A stretch of DNA of 64,000 nucleotides from Sphingomonadales bacterium (GTDB taxonomy: Bacteria > Pseudomonadota > Alphaproteobacteria > Sphingomonadales > Sphingomonadaceae), in contig JAXDOX010000036.1 of the NCBI GenBank assembly GCA_034668625.1, forward strand, positions 62,019 through 126,018. Direction: 5' to 3'. The notes under the pieces were generated by a model. The model was not told where the DNA came from and made no database searches. It worked only from the letters and a program-made list of their open reading frames with translations. Of this stretch, positions 57,208 to 64,000 are shown piece by piece. The translations under genes were made by a program, and so were the position numbers. Within the stretch, counting starts at the first letter, position 1; the number at the start of each line of letters is the position of its first letter.

Positions 57208-58065
57208 ATGGCGCGTTTCGCTTCTGCAGCCATCGGTTCCATCGCCGCCGCGCTGCTTGTCTTCCTTCCGGGGAGCGCGCAGGCACAAGCGGCGCATTTC
57301 CGCCGGCCGACTTTGACCTTTTTTCCGGCCGGCAGGGTGCTCGATATTCCCGCCAGCGGCGTCCTTAGCGCCAGTCTGGACGGGATTGCGCTCACACGAT
57401 TGCCGCGTGTCCCGGCGGCCGCACTGAAGGCGCTCCGCGGGGGGTTCGAACTGCGTGTGTTTCGCATTAGCAACCCGCAATCGTTGCCGACCGCGTGGAA
57501 GAAGAACCTGGACCGCGATTGCGACGTCTATTTGAGCCTTGTGATCAAGAATGTACGCTTCAACGCATCGACCGCGGTCACACCGCACCTGACCCGCGCC
57601 TGGCTGTCGCGGGACGCGCAGGGACACGAAACCGACGGTTTCTTCCTTGTAGTGCTGGAGGCGGTCACACGCGACGATCCGCACAAGCTGGACCAATGGG
57701 AGATTTTCCGGGTGAGCAAGACGACGGCGGCGAACTACTTCGCCAGGGGAGTCGTACTGGAGGTGGCGGTGCCCAGAGGCTCCGGCAGACCGGTCCTGTA
57801 TCCGGACTACGAGCTTGAAATAAAGAACCGGCTGAACGCGGTGGCGGGGCAGGTCTCCGCCAGCTACGATTGTTATAAAATGAACCCGGTGCAGCTCGCT
57901 TCGCTCGACGGATCTCGTCTGGCGCTCGACCAATGCGCGGCCAGCTCGCCATCCGCTTCCGCACTGACCCAGCAGGCAGGTGCCCGCAGCGAGTCCACCG
58001 AGGCCGGATCGCTAGACTTGCCCTGGGCCCTCCGGGTTGAGTCAGGCAACGATAACGACCCGTAA
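57208..58065 (+). CDS. Hypothetical secreted protein
   Basis: 285 aa. SD GGAGAAGG. Signal peptide MARFASAAIGSIAAALLVFLPGSAQAQA. Lies 12 nt after the previous gene. Confidence 0.5.
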   Translation: MARFASAAIGSIAAALLVFLPGSAQAQAAHFRRPTLTFFPAGRVLDIPASGVLSASLDGIALTRLPRVPAAALKALRGGFELRVFRISNPQSLPTAWKKNLDRDCDVYLSLVIKNVRFNASTAVTPHLTRAWLSRDAQGHETDGFFLVVLEAVTRDDPHKLDQWEIFRVSKTTAANYFARGVVLEVAVPRGSGRPVLYPDYELEIKNRLNAVAGQVSASYDCYKMNPVQLASLDGSRLALDQCAASSPSASALTQQAGARSESTEAGSLDLPWALRVESGNDNDP

Positions 58066-58280
58066 TCGGAGCCCGATCGTCTTGGGCGACGAGCGAACGT
58101 TCACGCACTCGCTTGGCGGCCATATGGAGGAACCGGAAGCCCGGCGGCAGCCGGGTTGAGGCCTACGATGCCGCCGCAACGTCGCGGAGCCGATGCGCGA
58201 ACGTCTCATGGAATCGCGCGGCAGCGCGGCGGGCTGTGGGAGAGGCCTAAGCCTGTATTCCCCTTACATTTTAACTTGAA

Positions 58281-58356
58281 TGGTGGAGCCGAGGGGGATC
58301 GAACCCCTGACCTCTGCAATGCCATTGCAGCGCTCTCCCAGCTGAGCTACGGCCCC
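58281..58356 (-). tRNA. tRNA-Ala (anticodon GGC)
   Basis: The reverse complement reads GGGGCCGTAGCTCAGCTGGGAGAGCGCTGCAATGGCATTGCAGAGGTCAGGGGTTCGATCCCCCTCGGCTCCACCA. It has a cloverleaf, a G3:U70 pair, the anticodon loop AT-GGC-AT and an encoded CCA. Confidence 0.92.
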
Positions 58357-58438
58357 GAACCTTTTCGCGCCCCTGGGAGGGCGTCGCGGCGCCGATTTAC
58401 GGAAGGCGCCGAGCTTTAGCAAGAAGCTCCATCGGGCC

Positions 58439-58463
58439 CCCATCGAAGTATCACTTCGATGGG
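58439..58463 (-). terminator. Hairpin downstream of the FYDLN_acid gene
   Basis: cccatcgaagt-atc-acttcgatggg, an 11-bp perfect stem 4 nt after the stop. No strong T-tract. Confidence 0.4.
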
Positions 58464-58467
58464 ATTC

Positions 58468-58791
58468 TTAGACCTCCTCGTCGTCGCCGGCCGCGCCGGG
58501 GACTCCGATGTCGTCGTCGCCGCCGAGATCGACCTCGTCGTCCGGATTCTCCTCGGCATCCTCGTCGATGGCGAGCTCCTCGGCGGCCAGGTCGACGTCC
58601 GGCTTGTCGTCGACCTCGACCTCCTTCTTCGGCACATCGAAGGGCAGCGGCTGCTTCGACTTGAGCACCGGCTCCGGATCCCAGGCGATCCCGCAAGCGA
58701 GGCAGGTCACGGGGTCTTCCTTGCCGAGATCGTAGAAGCGCGTGCCGCATTTCGGGCAGGTCCGCTTCGTGCCCCATTCAGCCTTCACCAT
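58468..58791 (-). CDS. TIGR02300/FYDLN_acid family protein
   Basis: MVKAEWGTKRTCPKCGTRFYDLGKEDPVTCLACG, followed by an acidic tail. Only the last 107 codons of ORF 58468..59685 are credible. Confidence 0.8.
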   Translation of the reverse strand: MVKAEWGTKRTCPKCGTRFYDLGKEDPVTCLACGIAWDPEPVLKSKQPLPFDVPKKEVEVDDKPDVDLAAEELAIDEDAEENPDDEVDLGGDDDIGVPGAAGDDEEV

Positions 58792-58915
58792 GGGTGAGAA
58801 ATCTCCGGTCGAAAAGATGTGAAAAACGGCCGCGGGCCGCGAGGTCGCCGCGCCTTGCCACATGGGTAGGCCGCTGTCAAAAGCCAAGCCCATGCGTGGA
58901 GAGGCGGCCGGGCCG

Positions 58916-60202
58916 ATGCAATTTTCCGCCTCGGCGCCGCTTCGAGGCGAGGCGCGGATACCGGGCGACAAGTCGATCTCGCACCGCGCGCTGATGCTCG
59001 CGGCGATGGCGCGCGGCCGCAGCCGCATCATTGGTCTTTCGGAAGGGCGGGACGTCGAATCGACCGCGGCGGCGCTGCGCGCGATGGGCGTAAGAATCGA
59101 CCCGGCGGGCGAGGCGTGGACCGTCGACGGGGTCGGCACCGGCGGGCTGCTCCAGCCCGAGGCGGCGCTCGAAATGGGCAATAGCGGCACCTCGGCGCGG
59201 CTGCTGATGGGCCTCGCCGCGAGCCACCCCATTATCGCGGCCTTCACCGGCGACGCCTCCGTCTCAGCCCGCCCGATGGGGCGCGTGATCGGGCCTCTCT
59301 CCAGGCTCGGCGCCGACATCGCGCCAAGCCCCGGCGGACGGCTGCCCCTTCTGCTGCGCGGCGCCTGCCCCGCAATGCCCCTCGAGCACCGGATGGAAGT
59401 CGCCTCAGCCCAGGTCAAATCGGCGATCCTGCTCGCCGCGCTCAACATTCCCGGCGTCACGACAGTGATCGAGCCGGTTCCCACCCGCGACCATAGCGAG
59501 CGGATGCTGCAAGCGTTCGGGGCCGAGATCGCGGTGGAGGGCGAGCGGATCACCCTGCACGGCGAGGCGGAGCTTCGGCCATGCGAGGTGGCGGTGCCCG
59601 GCGACCCTTCCGCGGCCGCCTTCCCGCTCGTCGCGGCCCTGCTCGTTCCCGGGTCGGAGGTTCGAATCGACAACGTCGGCGTCAATCCGGGCCGCGCCGG
59701 CCTCTTCCAGCTGTTGCGGGAGATGGGGGCCGATTTCTCTTGGTCGAACCCGCGGGATGTAGGGGGCGAGCCGGTCGCCGAACTGTCGGCCCGCGCTTCC
59801 GTGCTTCGCGGCGTCGACGTCCCGCCCGACGTCGCGCCGGCGATGATCGACGAATTCCCGATCCTGTTCGTCGCCGCCGCCTTCGCTCAAGGCATGACGC
59901 GAACCAGCGGCCTCGGCGAGCTCCGGGTCAAGGAATCGGACCGGCTTGCGGCGATGGCGCAAGGCCTGCGGGCGATCGGCGCCCGCGTCGAGGAGCTGGA
60001 AGACGGGCTCATCGTCCACGGCAGCGGCGGCGAGCCGCTCGCCGGCGGAGCGACGATCGACCCCGGCCTCGACCATCGCGTCGCCATGGCGTTCGCGGTG
60101 GCTGGCCTCCATTGCCGCCGCCCGGTAATCGTCGCCGACATGGCCGCCGCCGACACCAGCTTCCCGGGTTTCGCCGCCATGCTCGCCGGCCTCGCGCGAT
60201 GA
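58916..60202 (+). CDS. aroA: 3-phosphoshikimate 1-carboxyvinyltransferase
   Basis: LRGEARIPGDKSISHRALMLAA...GNSGTSARLL.G... Alternative upstream ATGs at 58862 and 58892. Confidence 0.9.
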   Translation: MQFSASAPLRGEARIPGDKSISHRALMLAAMARGRSRIIGLSEGRDVESTAAALRAMGVRIDPAGEAWTVDGVGTGGLLQPEAALEMGNSGTSARLLMGLAASHPIIAAFTGDASVSARPMGRVIGPLSRLGADIAPSPGGRLPLLLRGACPAMPLEHRMEVASAQVKSAILLAALNIPGVTTVIEPVPTRDHSERMLQAFGAEIAVEGERITLHGEAELRPCEVAVPGDPSAAAFPLVAALLVPGSEVRIDNVGVNPGRAGLFQLLREMGADFSWSNPRDVGGEPVAELSARASVLRGVDVPPDVAPAMIDEFPILFVAAAFAQGMTRTSGLGELRVKESDRLAAMAQGLRAIGARVEELEDGLIVHGSGGEPLAGGATIDPGLDHRVAMAFAVAGLHCRRPVIVADMAAADTSFPGFAAMLAGLAR

Positions 60203-60822
60203 TCGTCGCCGTCGACGGCCCCGCGGCGAGCGGCAAGGGCACGATCGCCAAGGCGCTCGCCCGCCGCTTCGGCCTGCCGCACATGGACACCGGCCTCCTC
60301 TACCGCGCGGTCGCGCTCAACCTCTTGCGCTGGGACGGCGACCCGGAGAGCGAGTTCGCCGCAGTGCGCGCCTGCGACTTCTCGCAGACGGATTTCAACG
60401 ATCCGGAGCTGCGCACCGAGGCGGTCGGCGGCATCGCCTCGCGAATCTCCGCTTATCCGCTCGTCCGGCAGGCGCTGGTCGAGCGCCAGCGCGCCTTCGC
60501 TACCCAGCAAGGCGGCGCGGTGCTCGACGGCCGCGACATCGGCACCGTCGTCGCGCCTGCGGCGGAGGTGAAATTGTTCGTGACCGCGAGCCCCGAGGTC
60601 CGCGCCCGCCGCCGCTTCGAGGAGCTCGTCCGCGCCGGCCGTCCCGCCCATTACGACGACGTGCTCGCCGACATAAACGCCCGCGACGAGCGCGACAGCC
60701 ACCGCGCCGCCGCGCCGCTCGCGAAGGCCGACGACGCGGTGCTTCTCGACACCAGCGAGATGGGGATCGATCAGGCGATTGAAGCGGCGGCCGCTGCGGT
60801 GGAGGCGCGGCGGGACGCCTAG
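60199..60822 (+). CDS. cmk: (d)CMP kinase
   Basis: MIVAVDGPAASGKGTIAKALA..FG..H.DTG.LYRAVA. ATGA overlap with aroA. Confidence 0.9.
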   Translation: MIVAVDGPAASGKGTIAKALARRFGLPHMDTGLLYRAVALNLLRWDGDPESEFAAVRACDFSQTDFNDPELRTEAVGGIASRISAYPLVRQALVERQRAFATQQGGAVLDGRDIGTVVAPAAEVKLFVTASPEVRARRRFEELVRAGRPAHYDDVLADINARDERDSHRAAAPLAKADDAVLLDTSEMGIDQAIEAAAAAVEARRDA

Positions 60823-61122
60823 CTATTCGTTGCTTCCGAGCAGGCTCATCCAGTCGCGAGAACCGTGCACCACGTGCGCCACCTCCACGTGATCGGCCAT
60901 CACGAAAAACAGGATGAGGTAATGTGCGTGGGTGCGCTTGCGTATCTCATACCCTCCCAGGTTCCGTACAAGTGGATAGCGTTTTGGCTGTGAGCCGAGG
61001 TTGAGACACTTCTCGCGCAGCTCCCGAACGAAACTGGCGGCCCGAGACGGATTTTCCGCCGCGATCCACGCGGCGATTTCGTCCAGATCGCGCTCTGCGC
61101 TACGCGTGATCCTCACCCTCAC
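60823..61122 (-). CDS. parE: Type II toxin-antitoxin system ParE/RelE-family toxin
   Basis: 99 aa. RITRSAERDLDEIAAWIAAENPSRAASFVRELREKC..L...P...P.. and ..YLILF...D.VEV..V.HG.RD. Confidence 0.85.
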   Translation of the reverse strand: MRVRITRSAERDLDEIAAWIAAENPSRAASFVRELREKCLNLGSQPKRYPLVRNLGGYEIRKRTHAHYLILFFVMADHVEVAHVVHGSRDWMSLLGSNE

Positions 61123-61382
61123 CGGGACGAAGATTCCGCCGTCGCCGAATATTTCGCGATCAGTCGATCGAATACGACATCGGCATCTTCAGACCGTCCA
61201 GCCACCGCGTCGTCGATGCCCTTCTGGATTTCGGCCTCGAGCTTCGCCCAGGCGGCCTCGCGTTCCTGGACGAGGCGGACGCCTTCGCGCAGGACCTCGC
61301 TGCGCGAGCCGTAGCGGCCTCTCTTCACCGCCTCGGTGATGAACGCTTCGAGCTGCTCGCCGAGATTGACGCTGCTGGCCAT
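61119..61382 (-). CDS. parD: Type II antitoxin ParD (CopG/RHH-type)
   Basis: 87 aa. MASSVNLGEQLEAFITEAVKRGRYGSRSEVLREGVRLVQERE. GTGA overlap with parE. Confidence 0.8.
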   Translation of the reverse strand: MASSVNLGEQLEAFITEAVKRGRYGSRSEVLREGVRLVQEREAAWAKLEAEIQKGIDDAVAGRSEDADVVFDRLIAKYSATAESSSR

Positions 61383-61434
61383 ATGCCGCCTCCCATTACA
61401 ATAACTATTATCATAGGCGCGGCGAAGCGCCGGT

Positions 61435-62742
61435 TCAATCGACCTCGGCGAGCAGCTCGTTGACCCGCCGCTCGGCGTCGGCAAGGGCGCGGGCGGGCGT
61501 TTTCTGGCCGGTGTTGGAGGCGGCCATTTCCTCGCCGACCAGGCCTTCGATCGCCGACTGGCGCTGCACCTCGGTGGGGAGCGGCCGCCCGATCGCGGCC
61601 AATGGGGCGATGTCGGCGCGGTGCGGCAGCGCCTTGAAGCGCGGGTCGTCGAGCACCGCCTGGAAAGCGGGGATGTGGCCGGTCCGCGCCCAGTCGTAAT
61701 TGTGGGCGGCCATGAAGCGGAAGAAGCGGGCGATGGCCGAACGCTGCGCTGCCGTCCGCTTGCGGGCCGGCACGACCCAGCTGTGGCCGCTGACGAACTC
61801 GACCGGCTGCCCCCACAAATGCGGGTAAGGAAAGACCGCATAGCTCTTGTAGAGCGGCCGGCCCGGAGTCTCGGCCTCCTGCTCGAACGAGCCGATCATC
61901 CAGGTGCCGGTCGGATAGATGCCGCCCTCGCCGCTCACGAAGGCGGCGATGGCGGCCGGCGTGTCCATGTTCTGCGAGCCGAGCCGCTCGGCGTTGATGC
62001 GCCGGAAGAAGGCCGCGACGCGAATCCCTTCGGGCGTCGCCAGGCGGATATGCTTCGAGTCCGGGAAGAGCTTCGCGCCCAGCGCCATCATGTAGGTATA
62101 TTGGTTGCGCGCCGCATAGGCGGGGTCGCCGACATTGCTCTGGATCAGGTACGGTTTGCCGGTGCGCGCCTGGAACTGGCGCGCCTGCCGGATCAGCTCT
62201 TCGGGCGAATTGGGCAGCACCGGCTTGCCGTCCTTCATCAGCCCCGCCTTGGCGAAGAGGGCGGTGTTGACGTGGAACAGGCCGCCATGCGTGTCCCAGG
62301 GAAGGCCGTAGATGCGGCCGCTTATGGTGACGCCCCGCCGACTCGCTTCGGTGAAGGCGGCCGGGCTGAGGCCGGCTTCCTTAAGGTAGGGCTCGACCGG
62401 CTCGAGCAGGCCCTTGGCGGCATAATCGGTGATGACGCCCTCGTGCATGGTGACCAGGTCGGGCGGATCCCGCGCCGCCATCTGCGCGGTGAGCTGCGGA
62501 TAGCCCGGCCAGGCGACGACGTTGACGTCGATTTTGAGGTCCGGATTCTCGGCGTTGAAGCGGTTGATGAGGGCGGTGATGATGCCGCACTCGCCCTCGG
62601 CCTTGGCGAGATCGGCGTGCGCGCCGTATTGCGCCCCGCATTCGCCGAAGAAGCGCTGCAGATAGATGTGCGTCTTGTGGTCGCCCGGCGCGCAGCTGCC
62701 GAGCGCGAGCACAGCGAGAAGGCCGGCCAGGAGCCGCCTCAC
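61435..62742 (-). CDS. Carbohydrate ABC transporter substrate-binding lipoprotein
   Basis: GTG 62742 overlaps the permease stop (GTGA). Lipobox LALGSC. Family 1 extracellular solute-binding pattern. Confidence 0.85.
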   Translation of the reverse strand: MRRLLAGLLAVLALGSCAPGDHKTHIYLQRFFGECGAQYGAHADLAKAEGECGIITALINRFNAENPDLKIDVNVVAWPGYPQLTAQMAARDPPDLVTMHEGVITDYAAKGLLEPVEPYLKEAGLSPAAFTEASRRGVTISGRIYGLPWDTHGGLFHVNTALFAKAGLMKDGKPVLPNSPEELIRQARQFQARTGKPYLIQSNVGDPAYAARNQYTYMMALGAKLFPDSKHIRLATPEGIRVAAFFRRINAERLGSQNMDTPAAIAAFVSGEGGIYPTGTWMIGSFEQEAETPGRPLYKSYAVFPYPHLWGQPVEFVSGHSWVVPARKRTAAQRSAIARFFRFMAAHNYDWARTGHIPAFQAVLDDPRFKALPHRADIAPLAAIGRPLPTEVQRQSAIEGLVGEEMAASNTGQKTPARALADAERRVNELLAEVD

Positions 62743-63575
62743 CGGACCGCCGTCCCCGCCATCGCCCGCACGATCTGCTTCTGGAACACGATGTAGACGA
62801 TGAAGATCGGGATCGAGGCGAACACCGCCTGGGCCATCAGGAAGCCGAGGCCGCTGGTCTGGGCGTAGTTCATCTGCGCGGCGGCGAGGCCGACGGTCAG
62901 GGTGTACATGTCGCTGTGCGTCGCCGAGATGAGCGGCCACCAATAATCGTTCCAGCTGCCGAGGAAGGTGAAGACGGCGAGGGTCGACTGGGCCGGGACG
63001 GTCAGCGGCAGGATGACCTTCCAGAAGATCGTCCAGCGCGAGGCGCCGTCGAGCATCGCCGCCTCGTCGAGGTCCCTGGGGATGCCGCGCATGTAGGTTG
63101 TCATGAAGAAGACGCCGAACGGCCCGATCAGCCCGGGCAGGATCAGGCCGGGATAGCTGTTATGGAGGTGCAGCCAGGCGAACAATTGGTGCTGCGGCAG
63201 GATCACCGCCTGGCTCGGCACCGCGAGGCCGAGGAGGACGATGACGAACAGGGTGCGCCGGAACGGGAAATCGAGCCGGGCGAAGCCGTAGCCCGCCAGG
63301 CTGGCGAGGATCAGCACCCCCGCGGTCGTCCCCAAAGCGACGATCGCGCTGTTGAGCAGCCAGCGCATCGTCCCGCTGTTGCCGACGATGGCGGCGTAAT
63401 TTTCGAGCGTATAGGGCGGGTGAAGCGCCGCGCCGCTATGGCCGACCAGCTCGGCATTGTGCTTGAGCGAGAGGAGCAGGGTCCAGGCGAGCGGCGCGAC
63501 CATGATCGCCGCGCCAAGCACCAAAGCCGCCCAGCCCAGCGGCGTCAGCCGCCCCCGTTCGAGACTAGCGGCCAT
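62739..63575 (-). CDS. Carbohydrate ABC transporter permease
   Basis: Internal ATG giving MAASLERGRL.... EAA loop: IPRDLDEAAMLDGASRWTIFWKVILPL. Confidence 0.9.
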   Translation of the reverse strand: MAASLERGRLTPLGWAALVLGAAIMVAPLAWTLLLSLKHNAELVGHSGAALHPPYTLENYAAIVGNSGTMRWLLNSAIVALGTTAGVLILASLAGYGFARLDFPFRRTLFVIVLLGLAVPSQAVILPQHQLFAWLHLHNSYPGLILPGLIGPFGVFFMTTYMRGIPRDLDEAAMLDGASRWTIFWKVILPLTVPAQSTLAVFTFLGSWNDYWWPLISATHSDMYTLTVGLAAAQMNYAQTSGLGFLMAQAVFASIPIFIVYIVFQKQIVRAMAGTAVR

Positions 63576-64000
63576 CGCGGCCCTCCGTCGCCCGCGCGGT
63601 CGACCAATATTGGGCGAAGGTGACGGCGAGGATGATGAGGAACAGGATCTCGGCCGCGGCGCTGGCATAGCCGAGCTCCCAGCGGCCGAAGGCGGTCTCG
63701 AACAGGAACAGGACCGCGGTGCGCGAGGCGCCGCTCGGCCCGCCGGCGGTGAGCAATTGCGCCTGGCCGAACAGCTGCAGCTGCGCGGCGGTCTGCAGCA
63801 TGACGACGAGGACGAGGGTGCGACGGAGCGACGGCAATGTGATCCGCCAGAAGGTCGTCCAGCGGGTCGCGTCGTCGAGCGCGGCGGCCTCATACATGTC
63901 CTGCGGGATCTGCTGCAGCCCGGCGAGGAACAGCAGCATCGGCAAGCCGACCGACCACCAGATGGTGGTGACGGCGATCGCCGGCAGCACGAGGCCCGGC
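63565..64000 (-). CDS. Sugar ABC transporter permease, C-terminal part (gene runs off the right edge)
   Basis: EAA loop IPQDMYEAAALDDATRWTTFWRITLPSL. The frame is open to the window end. Confidence 0.85.
   Translation of the reverse strand, partial: PGLVLPAIAVTTIWWSVGLPMLLFLAGLQQIPQDMYEAAALDDATRWTTFWRITLPSLRRTLVLVVMLQTAAQLQLFGQAQLLTAGGPSGASRTAVLFLFETAFGRWELGYASAAAEILFLIILAVTFAQYWSTARATEGRDGR

Noticed and set aside
58468-59685. 405-aa minus-strand ORF overlapping aroA
   Set aside because: Only the last 107 codons (the FYDLN_acid protein) look real. The upstream part is the antisense shadow of aroA.

Overview
High-GC (visibly about two-thirds G+C) chromosomal window, most likely from an alphaproteobacterium of the Sphingomonas type. 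That taxon call is an inference from gene content: TonB-dependent receptors, LptFG, the grxD-bolA block and aroA-cmk. All calls come from reading the ORF track and the DNA by eye; no searches were run.

Most of the window is housekeeping:
- grxD/bolA, scoAB, a fused E1 dehydrogenase plus a FabD-like gene, dgkA, lptFG, a flippase and a sterol-desaturase-family gene
- oxyR/katG, an OmpR-type two-component pair, pgsA and an LplT-like MFS transporter
- an RND efflux triad, tRNA-Ala(GGC), aroA-cmk, parDE and a sugar ABC transporter

Four regions stand out.
1. A lower-GC island at about 14.1-19.3 kb. It holds a C5 cytosine methyltransferase converging on a minus-strand operon: XRE controller-like gene, small ORF, vsr, MORC/MutL-like GHKL ATPase, then a translationally coupled 403-aa protein with no motif I can recognise. 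I consider this the best candidate for an uncharacterised methylation-linked defence or repair module. A dense repeat field (13.3-14.1 kb) flanks it.
2. A Sec-signal RHS polymorphic toxin (25.1-29.4 kb). Its C-terminal domain after the DPxGL-type boundary, and the overlapping EF-hand candidate immunity gene, sit in a sharp low-GC cassette.
3. An 11-gene, stop/start-overlapping operon (35.7-46.9 kb). A predicted lanthanide-type PQQ alcohol dehydrogenase and its usual accessory genes are split by a complete caa3-type cytochrome c oxidase.
4. Small palindromic repeat elements. One is an 84-bp MITE-like element in two copies, one of which is inserted in frame inside a coding region.

No CRISPR array, rRNA, transposase or integrase was seen.
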